Source of the DNA: Saprolegnia diclina VS20
Lineage: Eukaryota
Reading direction: 5' to 3'
DNA length: 32,935 nt
Assembly (NCBI RefSeq): GCF_000281045.1
Contig: NW_008246128.1
Coordinates: 251,182-284,116 of the forward strand
Shown here: positions 20,174 to 32,238 of the stretch, piece by piece
Numbering within the stretch: position 1 is the first letter of the stretch
Layout: each line of letters begins with the position of its first letter
Translations under genes and position numbers: made by a program
The notes under the pieces: generated by a model
Database searches by the model: none
What the model was told of the DNA's origin: nothing
Seen by the model: the letters and a program-made list of their open reading frames with translations, nothing else

Positions 20174-20778
20174 ATGCAGCGCCCGAAGCGAACGACGACA
20201 AGCGACGACGACGAGGTGGCCGAGGTCGCGCCGCTGGCGCCCGAGACCGAGCCGTCGCCCGCGCACCGCGAAGGCTCGGCGACGGGCAACGTCGTGACCA
20301 AGCTCATCAGCGCGCTCTTCTTCGTCGCTGCCTGCTACGGCTTGGACGAAGTCCGCTTCTTGCACGTGCTGCTCTACGCGTCGCACGCGGACCGCCCGAT
20401 GGTCAACCTTGGCATCTTCTTTTGCACGCTTGTCGTGCTCCTTGGCTCGTACATGGAGTACTACCGGTCGAGCTACCTCGGCGAGACGCTCACGTACGAG
20501 TCGGCCAAGACCACGACCCATGGCATGCTCGCGTCCATGATTCTCGCCGGTGTCAGGTACCTTCTGGCATGCATTCACGCTGTCCGCTCATACTTTGTAG
20601 CTTTTCGTTTGGGCTCTGGCCGGTCTGGGGTTGGCTCACGTGGCCCATCTTGTTCATGTGGCTCTGGGGCTTTATCGTGCCGATCGTGGTCGTACTTCCG
20701 AATTTCGCGCAGCGCGTCGTCTTTGGTGGCATGTACCTCTACTTTATGCACGCGTACCTCTCGACGTTCATGCTCTAA
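20174..20778 (+). CDS. TMEM128: TMEM128-like multi-pass membrane protein (2 exons)
   Basis: Intron 20557-20600 joins ...ASMILAGVS|FSFGLWPVWGWLTWPILFMWLWGF..., which resembles the TMEM128 C-terminal pattern (AS.I.AG..F...LW.VW...T..LLF....G). Four to five hydrophobic segments. Confidence 0.7.
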
Positions 20779-21294
20779 TGCATTAACGATGTGTCTATCT
20801 ACCACCGTTCCATGCAATCCTTCGCGAAGGAGCATTCGATGCTCCTTCCGGCGCAATAGTGCCGGGTTCCTTCTCGTATCCTCGTCACGGCGTCGCAGCA
20901 ACTGTGTCTTGAAGCACCTGTGTCATGAAGCTGGATGACACAGACGACACATGCCCTGGCATAGGCAATATGCACCATCTTCGGTACACCTCCGAGCCGT
21001 CGATTTCGGTAGCGACGATGAATTTGGATGCTGCATGTGTGTACGAGACGACGGACAACAGCATCGGTTCCATCCATGCTCCTCCTCGTCATGCTTCACA
21101 TGTGCGCTTCTCGCGCTTGCTTCACTATGCGTCCTTTCTGTTGCAGTCGCTTCTGGGCGGCTACGTGCAACGTGTCGTAAGATTCAAATGCAAAACAGTA
21201 TTACGCTTGATGGGGCTATGGAGTGTGACGTTGTGAGTGGCTGCAGTCGACACGCAGGTCGTAAGGCGAGGGACGAGTGTCGGCTTGAAGTCGC

Positions 21295-21917
21295 CTACAA
21301 GCGCCGGGCGTAGCGACCGACGATGCCGCCTGTCTTGACACGGGGACGCGTGGAACTGCTGGCTGGCGCCGCATTCTCGTCGCCGTCGTCATCGTCGTCG
21401 ATCGCGATCGTGGCGCGCTCTTGCTGCTTACGAAGTAGTTGCTCTGAATAACCCTCCATCGGGTTGATCTGTTGCAAACCACCGAGGCGGATCAAAATCG
21501 AGGGATGTTGCATGGAGACCGACCGGAGGTGCTCAAACGCCTCGGAGTCGGCAAAGGCTGCCAGAATCAGCGCCTCGAAGGAAGCGCCGTTCTCGACCGT
21601 CCAGCCCGCACACACGCGGTGCGCAAAGTTGGCGGCCAAGAAGGGCTTGCTATAGAGGTGCAGGAGGTCGCGCTCCTCCTGCGCCATCTTCTCCGTAGCC
21701 TTGATCATCTCCATGGCCACGTCGAGGTCGCGCTCAAGGTCGCGTGCTTTCTGCGTAAGGCGAACCTAAAGGCAAATGGACGCTATCGGTGCTGCAGATT
21801 TCGTCAACTTGAGATTTGGGCTCTGCGCCATGACGGCACGAGTACCTTGCACCACAGTCGAGTGTCTGCACCCGCGCGCACGTTGAGGTCCTCTATTTCT
21901 AGCGCTGCGTCGGACAT
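21295..21917 (-). CDS. Hypothetical protein, ~180 aa (2 exons)
   Basis: Exon MSDAALEIEDLNVRAGADTRLWCK, intron 21766-21845, then VRLTQKARDLERDLDVAMEMIKATEKM...GRYARRL*. Coding-like GC3 bias; no recognised domain. Confidence 0.65.
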
Positions 21918-22288
21918 CGTCGTGATGCAGCGACGAGCAAGTGCATTTGCCTCGCCGATTTTGATTCCAAAAGCGCATTCCTTGGGTACATATTTGGAAT
22001 GATATGACGTGGCACTCTGGGCGCGTCGAAAGACCATCTGGTTTTGACGACATGCCCACTCTGGGGCGCTCTGAGCTCTCCCAGGCAGGATGCGACGCTA
22101 CTTGGTAGCAGTATAGAGCATCGCGTGTGCAGCTTCGAGAACAAGGACCTGGTGGCGGCGCATCAGGCTTCTGGATCGCTCCGCGGTGGTCGTCCAGCGC
22201 CATGAAACGGACAATGTACTGTACGGTCGTACAGAATGTACAACGTACGTACCCACTCGAACATCGAATTCTTGCGATCGACCGCAGG

Positions 22289-23686
22289 ATGGCCGACGAC
22301 GACGAAGCTCGCTTCCTGCGCTGGCTCACAGAGCATGGCGCCAAGATCGACGCGCTCGCGATCACGCGCGACCTCGACGGCGGTCGTGGCGTCGTCGCGA
22401 CGCGGGACCTTGCGCCCAATGAAATCGCCATGTCAATCCCGGAAGCGCTCATGATCTCGGAGGCATCCGTGAAGCTCGACCCGGACCTTGGCCCGATCTT
22501 TGCTCGACATTCCGACCTCTTCGCCCGCGACGACCCGCTCTTGGCGACGTTCGTGGCGCACCACATGCACCTGGGCCATCACTCGTTCTACTACCCGTAC
22601 CTCTCGACGCTGCCTGCGCCCGAGTCGATTCAAAACTGGACCATCGACGAGCTTGCGTCCTTGCAAGACCCGTATTCCGCTCCAATTCTTATTGCAGAAA
22701 TGATTTCTTATTGGTTATCGTCACTAGGCGCCTCGTGGAGATAGCCAACCAGCGCAACGCCGAGATCGTCACGTGGTACGAACGCCTCACCGACCGCCTC
22801 TTCCGCCTCTACCCGGTAAATCATACCTCCATTTTCGATCCTCTGTCTAACTATTTGTCTGTAGGAGCCCTTTAACGCGACAAGTTTTTCATTCGAAACC
22901 TTTCGTTTTGCGTGGCAGACGATCCAAGCTCGCACGTTTGGTATTTGACATTACTCTGGCAGCCATTCCAAATGCGATAGTGTAGGCCGGCGCCTGCCAT
23001 GGACGGCGCTTGTGCCCTTGGCCGACATGCTCAACCACGCCAACCACGCCACCATCTACGCGTACGAGAACAAGACGTTCGAGTGGCACTCGTCCGTCGG
23101 ATACAAGCGCGGCGACCAAGTCTTCAACAGCTACGGTCGACGCCCCAACCGTACAACATCGATGACAATTCTACACATTTCATAGCTTGCACTAGACCAA
23201 CTGCTGCTCGACTACGGTTTCGCGCTTCGTGAGAATGAGTGGGACTATCTCGACATGGACCTGCACCTCGAGACGTCGTACCCGAGTGTCTTGTCCAAGA
23301 CGGAGCGCCGCGCGGTCCTCATCAAGGCGCACCTCATGCCGTTCAAAAACCGCTTCCGATTGATGCATGACATGTCCATTGCGTCACTGCTACCGTACTT
23401 TCGCTGCCATTTCTTGACGGCGTACTGCGAAGACGTTGATGTCTCGTGCCCGATATCGGACGTCCGCGTCGAAACAAGAGCCATTACGGTCCTTATCGAG
23501 GTGCTGGAGGAGCTTGCTGCTGCGTATCCCACCTCGCTCGAAGAAGACGCTGCCTTGCTCCAAACCAACGACCTCCCCGACCGCCTCTTGGTGGCGCTCA
23601 CGTTTCGAATGGGCCGGAAGCAGCTGCTATCGAATATCATTACCGCGGCGTCAGCTATGCTGCAGACATTAACAACGAATAAATGA
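22289..23686 (+). CDS. SET-domain protein methyltransferase, Rubisco-LSMT/SETD3-SETD4-SETD6-like (5 exons)
   Basis: FLRWLTEHGA, GGRGVVATRDL, SIPEALMIS, SFYYPYLSTLP, FRFAWQTIQARTFG, ALVPLADMLNH, GDQVFNSYGRRPNHQLLLDYGF and a C-terminal YPTSLEED...ALTFRMGRKQLL substrate-binding domain. Introns at 22672-22727, 22816-22864, 22941-22985 and 23151-23195. Confidence 0.9.
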
Positions 23687-23895
23687 AAGACAACTTGACC
23701 AAAAATGTACTAGTAGACGATTTGTTGTTCGACATTGGTGGGCCTCGTCCAGTGTTGGCCTTTGCTTTTCCGAAAAATTTGGTTCGGGGAAAACTCGACG
23801 GAGCGATATCGATTTTATGAAGCACACAAAACGAGAAAGACTTTTATTTTGTCTGCATAACAGGTCGTGTAATCTCAGTCGAGTGAAGTCGCAGG

Positions 23896-25842
23896 CTAGC
23901 GTAGCTGCATGGTTTGGCTGACCTTGTGTCCTTGGTGCGCGAGCTCGGTTGTGATCACGCGAAGGAGCGTTGGGCGATGGCATTTGGGCCGCGCGACGAG
24001 ATCCAAAAGAAAGTTGAAGTTGTCGACATGGTTCACTGCGTCCATACAGTACGGCAGCAGGAGCTTGCTCGTCGTCACATGGTCTCGACGACCCGCAAAC
24101 TCGACGAGGCAGTCGCGAGGCTGGCCAATGCCTGCCGCGAGGAGGAAGCGCACTGCCTCCACGTTCTGGTCGATTACAGCCTCTCGGAGACATTCGTCGT
24201 CGCCGAGGGCTGGTCGACGCCGCAGGATTTGGGTCGCGACGTCAAAGTGGCACCCGTCGAGCGCCGACTGGAGCGCGTCGAGTGAGATCTCGGCCGTGCT
24301 GTAGGCCAAGAGGTTGCGCACCACGTCCCACGCCTTGCGCCTGATTGCCTCGTCAAGCACGTCGTCCGGGTCGTCGTAATCGTCCAAGTGCCCGCAGAAG
24401 AACTGGATCAGCGGCACGTTGTTGGCCGCACACGCTTCCTCGATCCACTCGAACCTCCACGGCATGCCGTAGCCGACGAAGAGCTGGACAACGTCGAGTG
24501 GCTCGGGCGCGGCGGCGCTGTCCCAAGCGACTCCCAAGATCCCGACCGGATACCCGAGCGAGAGGAGATAAGTGGTCAACTGCAAATGACCGTAATCGAA
24601 CGCGTTTTCAACGACTTTGTTGCGACTGCAGCCTTCGTTTCGGTTCGTCAAGAGAAATTGACGACGTCGAGGTGGCCGTGTATCGCTGCAGAATCGACAG
24701 CATTGACGGTGCAGCCAAACGAGCCGAGACCATCGAGGTACTGCACGACCTCGAGATGACCATAGCCAGCGGCAACGTCAAGAATGTTCAATGATGCACC
24801 TTCGCTTCGGTGCTCGATGAGGAAGCGGACGACATCGAGGTGGCCAGAAGCGATGGCGCCATCGAGAGCCTTGACGGTGCACCCCTCGCTCCGGTGCGTG
24901 TGGAGGAACTGGACGACCTCGAGATGACCGTTGGAAGCGGCGTTGTCCATGGCCCTCACCGTACAGCCCTCACTTCGGTGCGTGTGGAGGAACTGGACGA
25001 CTTCGAGATGGCCTTTTGCAGCCGCCTTGTCCATGGCGGCCGTGGAGCACTCGAAACCGCGTTCGTGGAGCGTTTGGACGAGTGACAAGCCTGCGACGTC
25101 GTCCAAGATGCGCGGGTAGATGAGCCACGGGAAGCAGCCGACGGCGAGCGTCGCGTTCTCGACTGTTGCGTCCCAGATCGCACGTTGGAACATTTTCTCT
25201 CGCGTGACGCTTCTGTCGGGCGCGTCAAAGTCGTTGGGGCGCAGGCCAAAGCGCACGAGCAGCTGAAGGCCCTTGACGTCCTTCTTGGCCATCATGTCGT
25301 GCAAAAAAAGGTCCGAGAAGCGCTGGTCCGAGCCATCTTGAGCTTGCGTTAGTATCAGCCATGTGTCCATGCAACGTACCCGAGCGATGTGGAAAGTTGA
25401 TGCGTCGATAGAGCTCGGGTACGGTCGGTCGCGCATTGAGTAGTAGGTCGGCAATCTCGAGACGGCGTTCCGTGACGGCCAAGATGATCGCGTCTTCCGA
25501 GGCAAGGTCGGGCCGGAAGCGGACGATGCGCTTGGTGAGGTGCGCAAAGCCACCGACGATCGCCATGTGCACCGGCAGGCGGTCGTCGTATTGGCCGTCG
25601 CGCCGAAGGTACGGCGAGGACGGAAGCGTGCCGAGCTCGTTGGACCACTCGGTGTCGGGCGCAAACGCCTGGCGGAACGACGCGTCGTACTTGTAGCATC
25701 CCGAGGCGTCAACCTCGACTAGGTCGCGGCAGGCGGTAATGGCTGCGTGTACGTCTTCGGGGACGCCATCATGGCTGCCAAAGATGATCGTCGCAATGTC
25801 TGGCTGCTGCAAGACGACGCTGCGGAAGATGGCTGGTTCCAT
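23896..25842 (-). pseudogene. Ankyrin-repeat gene of the expanded oomycete 'GHLEVVQFLH..RSEGC' family, with a 1-nt frameshift
   Basis: Start MEPAIFRSVVLQQPDI at 25842, below an Inr/FPR-like GCCATTTGCCAGTTTGC (25859-25875). A probable intron at 25337-25379 (GTACGT...TACTAAC...AAG) joins the first two ORFs. Five repeats of C(S/T)..AMD.AA..GHL(E/D)VV.FL type follow. At ~24652 the frame breaks (HLDVVNF/S* versus LTNRNEGC), and one added base restores HLDVVNFLLTNRNEGC. Confidence 0.75.
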
Positions 25843-27393
25843 ACCTTGGCTCGAGCTTGCAAACTGGCAAATGGCTCCGATCCGGATGCGAACCCGCCGC
25901 GCCGGATATGAAACCATCGATTCGCTTAATCAAGTACAAAACAAGGGTCACTGTTCAACAATCAAACGGCTTGCGTGCCCTCCATCGACCCGTGCTTTAT
26001 CCTCCAGACGTATCGATACATTGCTCCTTTAATGCATCTATGGTAACGGTTATGAAGCGTGCAATACTTGTGCCTACCCAGCATTCCTCTCTACTCCTCT
26101 CTCGTTGTAGCTTGTAGCACCAGGGTTGCATGTGGTGGGGTACAGTGGACTGATGTACTTGATTAAGAGAATATCTTTGGCGTTGAAACGCATATCCAAA
26201 CCTCTCGTGGGACTGTGGATGATCCGATCGCTTGTTGAAGAAATCAACTGCAACACGCCAGCACTCGAAAACCCTTTCATCTTGATGTTTGTATTGGATA
26301 GATTCGTACACCGTACAACGAGTGGTCGGCCCTTGCTCGACGGTCCTGTGGCAGCTGCATACATGCACTTCGGACAGGCACAACTGCGGCCCGGATCGAT
26401 CCTCGCGCTACTACTATTACTCTCGACGCGCATCGTCGGACATCGGCGCGCCGGCAGAAGCAGACACCGAACCTTCGACTACATACTTCATGTGCGTAGA
26501 ATGACCGTTTCTTGGCGGCCTAGCCAGCAAGGAGGTGTCCCAGAGTGTGTATGTATACCATCGATGTTGTGCTGCAGGTATCAACTCGAGTGATTGGAGC
26601 TGAGGGTGCAAAAAGTATCTCGCACTGTACTGGTCGTTGCACACGTCATGGGCAGACAGCCAAGCATCACCTTCGTTCTACGCGTCGGTCAGCTGCGACG
26701 CTGTTGGGCATTTCAATCGATGACGTGGCAGTCCACGGCACCACTTTGTTGCGCCATCTGGTGGCCGGCCAAGCCAAACGAACGCAGCGCTGCGGCCCAC
26801 GACCAGAATTCGACAACACTGGGCAATTGTGACGAGCATCGTCTGTGCAGCTGCAAGGCGCACATCGATGCTCGTTCATGTGGAGTGCCCATATACAATG
26901 TAGAGTGGTGCTGGCCGTCGTCCCGATATTTTGTGTGTCACGCGCACTGAAACCGAGCGTGTGCAGTACATTTTGCCTTCGGAAAGGGATAACACCGATT
27001 TGCATCTAGCAGACTGTACGGCTTCCAACGCCGATGTTATATCAGCAACGACTGGTGGGTGGTTTTGTGTACATGTGAAAATCGATCGGTGGCTCTACCA
27101 GATGACGCTGCGGATGCCACCGTGCTCATCCCTCCAAGCACAATGGCGGCGCACCGTACTAGAGCGATGTGTGTCGAGAGGAGGAAGGTGAGGCTCGCTC
27201 CGAGCTGCGCTTGTACCAATGACCCGCAGCTGCCACAAAGATGGTGGGGCAAGGGCGTTCCACTCTACTGTTCAACACCATACAAACAGCAAGATACAGG
27301 TCGGCTCGGGTGCTTTGAAAAGTCCTCCTCATATGTGGCACCTCCAGCCCAGCATGCTTCTAGCCGTCGGTCCTTGAACAAACAATCGATTCA

Positions 27394-27820
27394 CTCATTT
27401 TGCAATTGGCCGCCAACATCGTAACGCGCTTCCACAAGTTCAAGGACGGGGACGACACCAAGAGCCCCAGCACGACTCGCTCAGCATGCTCGTGTTGAAC
27501 GCCGTCCTCGCGCACGACATTTTCAAGCTCCTCGAGATCAAGGGCCTCGTCATTGAGAAAGAGATGGTCGCGCAAGCCGTCGACGCGCTTCCCTTTTCCT
27601 TCCCGATATATTTTCCGCGCAAGCTGACGGTCGCCATGTGTAGGCGCTTTGCCGTTCGACCGAGCAACTTCCGTCAAGCTCCGCGCCGACAATGGTACAC
27701 CCAGTGTCTTTCCATTTCATCTCCTCTCTCCTCTTCATATAGAGCTGCGCCGCGATTCTCATGGTTGCGACGTTCCAGTCCGATCCGCACGCTTCGAGAA
27801 AGAAACATAATTGTACATAA
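27394..27820 (+). pseudogene. Small degenerate spliced gene behind a strong Inr/FPR element
   Basis: CTCATTTTGCAATTG at 27394-27408 is followed by CCAACATC, where an ATG would be expected, and by coding-like text in two frames (VTRFHKFKDGDDTKS; QHDSLSMLVLNAVLAHDIFKLLEIKGLVIEKEMVAQAVD). Intron-like segments end at TAG 27643 (GCTGAC branch site) and TAG 27742. Confidence 0.35.
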
Positions 27821-28170
27821 TCCAAGCGTATTATTATATGACGCGACGACTACACTGATTCACAGAGCGCCAAGATCGACGCGCGTACCGTCGAACCTCG
27901 CAGTTGGCAGTCGTGACGCTCTAGGCCAAGTCGTATGCTTCCCATACACCTCATGACGCCCAAGTCGAACCAAAAATGGACTTTGGGCGAGCTCGCTGGC
28001 GTGCAAGCCACGTATCCTTATGCGAGAAATGACATCTCATGGACCAACGTGACGAAGCACCGAGGTGGCCGACCCGCGCAACTCCCAGCGTGCCTCTTGG
28101 TACAAACGTATTGCCGATTGCGGCCGTGCAGAATTCAACACATTCGCATTAGGAAGCAGACAACATGGAC

Positions 28171-31100
28171 TTAGCCATGAGCCTTGATCGCGCCCAGCAA
28201 CGCGTCGCGCTGCTCCATCGTGTTGAAGCCAAAAAAGCGCTTGTCTACAGCTTCTAAGGCAAGTGTTGCAATCGGCGAGATAGTACCTTGGTAGGCCTCG
28301 CCCGTGTCGCCCAGGACGTAGAAAATGAACCGCGGGTCGTCCGACTTGCGGGCCATGAGGTCTGGAATCTCCTTGATGTCTTCGAGACGATCGACCTAAA
28401 CACGCATTTCATAGTGTTTTAATGGACTTAGACAACGTACAATGAGCTGACCAAACGGCGGGTGCCCCGACTCGGCCTCTTCAACCGACTTCCAAAACAC
28501 AAACCGGTGGTACCGGTACACAAGGCAGATGGTCTATCAAAGCATTGACAATGTTTATCCAGAGAAGAGAAAACGCGAGTACCTTCCACACCCGGTCGTT
28601 CTCACCCCGTGTCAAGATCGGGCCCATCCAAAGTGCATGAAACTTGATCTTCTTGCAAACTTCCAGCTGCGTCGCTTCGTCTATGGCCCGCTTGGTGGCG
28701 TAGATACCGCGCTCCGTCGAGTACGCCTAGAGATAACCATATATATACCTAATCCTAAGTACACGCATGTCACAAATACCTGCATCAAGTCAATGTCGGT
28801 CGGCATGGACGAGATAAAGTTCCAGAGAATGTTGCGCGCCGTGTTACTCGGCGGCCGATCCTTGCGCAGACCCGCGCCAAACTAGACATAAAATACTTGC
28901 AGTGAACGCCATTGGGTGATGCTACTGCGTACCTCGAGGAGACCGCTGAACAAGATGAGGTAGCGCGCCGGTACGATCGAAAAGAGAATGGCCCCCGCAA
29001 TGCAGAGCACAAAGACTGCAGCTGTTTTCCACGGGTGCGTCCAGTTGAAGAGATTTTGCGTGCACACGACTGTCGCACAGATCCGACCGATCGCGTTTTG
29101 GACCGTCTTGGTTGTGTCTTTGGCCTTGTAAAACGCGCCAAAGAGAACGGTTCCGAGCGTCGACGATGCCTTGTCCTTCTCGTGCAGCGCCTCGAGGAGG
29201 AAATGCGACATTTTGCGCTCGCCAAGCGTGCCAATGACGCTGCTGCACGCGCCGTCGGTGGGCTTCGCCACGGGCAGTCGCAGCTGCAGTCGCACCTACA
29301 GATCGTATTAGCACACGTCCCCTCATCACAATCAAGTACGGTCAACGTGCACTCGTCGAGCAGCTCGTTGTTCTCGGGACTGGTCATCGGTAGCGTGATC
29401 GTCGTCTCGTCCGCATTTGCTAACATTGCAATCGGGATGCGGACACGGCCCACGAGCGTCTCGATCTGCGGCTGGTCCTCCGAGTAGTTGTACACTTCAA
29501 ACGTCACAGCGCCGGGAAACGACGTCCACGGCACGAGCAGTTGGCGGCCATTGTCAAACGTCTTGGCGGCTTGGAGGAGCGGGTACACGAGCGTATGGTG
29601 GTCCACCCCCGCGGCATGCGGCCAAGACGCATGGACGTTGCGGAAGATGTGTTCCTTCTTGAAGACGCTCTTTTGATTGGTCGGCGTCGTCGACGAGATG
29701 TGCGACACGATGTTGGCGACGCTGCGCCAGATCGGCCGCGCGCACGTCCGCACAATGTGCGTGCGCCCGAGAAAGTAGCTTTCGGCGCCCGACGCCATGA
29801 GCCCCGTCGTGTCTTCCTGGTCGGCGTCTTTGGGTTCGTAAACCACCTTGAGAAACGTGTACATGTTTTCCTTGCGCGCTTTCTGAGCCAAAAACGCTGG
29901 CCCAAACGTCGCCTCGACGACCGCGACCCAGAGATGCGCGATCGGACGATAAAGCCGCGTGCGCTCGAGGACGTCCGGGTCGTCATGGGCCACCCACGCC
30001 TGCACGTACTGCCCCGTGAGCCGCGCTAACAGCGTGTGAACCATGTACGCGAGTAGGAAGATGAAGACCATGGCCGGCGCGTACTCGGCGTCGACGCGGA
30101 GACAAATGGCGCAAAACCCAAAGAGCACGAGGCCGGACGTGACGGGTTCTTTCCAGCAAATGAGAGCGAGGTACTCTTGTTCGAGCCACTGCAGCGAGTT
30201 GATGACGTGATTGAGCCGGTCAATGTTGAGCTTGAGCGTCTCGATCGCAAACTCCTTCTCTTCCCGGCCTTGGAGCAATACCTTTTGCTTGGGGACGTAC
30301 AAGAGGAGTTTGGTCTTCTCCTCAACGTAGCGCAGTCGAAGGCGCGCACGGCCCACGGTCCGGTCCTTCTCCTTGATACGCTGGAGCAGTGGGTACGTGT
30401 CGAGGTCCATGCGCGTGGCGTACAAATGCACATGCGGGTCGGGCGGCAAGACCGACGTCGCGAGCTGCTTGAGGGGCTGAAGCCACGGCGTTGACGCGAG
30501 CGCGCGGTCCGCGTCGGCCTGCAGCAGCTCGAACAGGAGCACCTTCATTTCGCCAATCACGGCATTCGTGTTGAGGTCGATCGTCTCGAGTCGGAAGAAC
30601 GCATCGCGGTTCGTCACCACAAAGCACACCTTGTCGTCAAAGACAGGGTCCGCGGTCTTGTAAACCTCGTTGGTCTCGCGCACAAGCCCGTCAAAGCTCA
30701 TGCGGCAGTACGTGTCGCCTTCAAATACATTGACCGCGTGCTCGTCGCCCTGGCAGTCTTTGGAGCAAAGGTGGATGCCCTTGAGGTGCACATAGAGCTT
30801 CCCAAAGGTCGGCGCCGTCGTCGTCGACGGCGGCTCGAGCATGCGGTACCCACTCGACGTTGATCGGCGCTTGTTGGCCGGCGACGACGACGCAAAATGC
30901 CCCCTATCGAGGAGTATGAGACCTCTGAACCGTATCAAAACGATAGTTTATACGTGGGTGACGATGCCATGGTCGGGATCCGCGCGTTTGTCTCGTGAAG
31001 CGCCGTGCCGCACGGGACGTTGGTGTTGGCGCTCATCATGCATGTCTTATGGACGTCAATGTGGCAGTCTTCGCAGCGGTAGCCCGGCGAGCCCTTGACG

Positions 31101-32238
31101 CTGCTCATAATGACGCGCTCGCAGACGGCGCATGTGAGGAGTCGGACGCCGACCGACTTGATTGTGTGCACACGAAATTTGTGGTCGTGTTTCGTGTCAA
31201 GCGAGAGCGACGACGACCGGTGCGTCAGCGACGGTTTGGTCTGCGGCTCAAACACCATACCAAACGAGATGCGCGCTTTGACGGGTGGCGCGCCGTTGGC
31301 CGTTGGCGGAGCGATCGTCGTCGACGCGACTGTAAACCAGCGCGAAAAGAGGACGTTGGGGTGTTGCAAGAGCGGCAGCGTCGAGAGAAGACAGCTCGCA
31401 ATGAGGTCGTCGCCCAGGTAGCTCTCGCTCCAGAGCTGGACTTCGAGCGTCGGGACCGGGTTGTTGGAGCTTGTGCAGCGGTGCTGCAGACGCATTTCGT
31501 TTGCGTGGTCTTCGCGCCACGTCGGGTTCTTACCGCCGCTTAAAGCTGCTTTTGTCTGCACCGGCTCGTTCCACCTAGCAAGATGCATGATGTAGAATAA
31601 TGAAATGATCGAAAAGCATGACGACCACGTACGGGAGCAAGGCGAGACGAACATACGGGTCCTGGCGGCCGAGCCAGCGCACGCTCGGGAGGTCGACTGC
31701 TTTCTCGGCCGTGATCTTGAACACGCCCGACTGGTTGAGCTCCATGTCCTTCCGGAACGCGAGGTAATCGTCGCGCGTCTGGATCATCGGGTGGTCCAAG
31801 ATGAAGCGCGCCGCAAAGAGCAGACAGCTCTGGTCGCAGACGATCCCGCTAGGATGGAACCGGAAGAGCGACGACGAGCTCTCATCTACGGGCGCGCGGG
31901 AGGATGATGCGACGCCCAAGACCATAGTACCTGTCCAGAGGCCGTTGCACATATCGCAGCGCTCGTTGCTCGTGGCGAGGAGAGGAGTGATCTCGTTTCG
32001 CTCGAGCATCTCTGCGATCTCGTTGTTGCGCGACTGCAACTGCTCGGCCTCCTGGAGGGGCGTCGGCGCCTCCGAGCCCGACCGGCTCCGGGGCGCGCTG
32101 TCTCGTCGAGCCCGCGGTGTCATCTCGCCTACATGACGCAGATGCAGCATGAGCTTCCACCGTCCTTGCCCTCGCCATGGCATGCGTACCCCCCTCGTCC
32201 GCGACGAACGCGCTCCCGACGCGCCGCCGAATCTCCAT
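28171..32238 (-). CDS. MCTP-like multiple-C2 transmembrane protein with an added C1 zinc finger and C-terminal PH-like domain (~10 exons)
   Basis: C2 (GVFKITAEKAVDLPSVRWLGRQDPYVRLALLP|WNEPVQTK...GGKNPTW); C1 (HKFRVH...CAVC...YRCEDCHIDVHKTC...C, 31010-31183); C2 (FGKLYVHLKG...TNEVYKTADPVFD); MCTP-like LKLNIDRL...ICWKEP plus TM; a third C2-like region; VQNAIGRICA...QNLFNWTHP plus TM and WNFISSMPTD (PRT_C-like); PH-like tail WMGPILTRGENDRVWK|TICLVYRYHRFVFWKS...PPFGQLI|...KRFFGFNTMEQRDALLGAI. Short GT-AG introns join all pieces in frame. Confidence 0.82.

Noticed and set aside
20780..21290. Short overlapping ORFs between the TMEM128-like gene and the orphan gene
   Set aside because: No coherent spliced frame or motif; probably convergent 3' UTRs.
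25337..25379. Apparent frameshift between ORFs 25225..25917 and 24648..25712
   Set aside because: Explained by a probable intron with a GTACGT donor and TACTAAC branch point; either nearby AAG acceptor restores the frame.
25950..27390. Several 100-155 aa ORFs on both strands
   Set aside because: No codon bias, motif or consistent splice pattern; treated as intergenic or highly decayed sequence.
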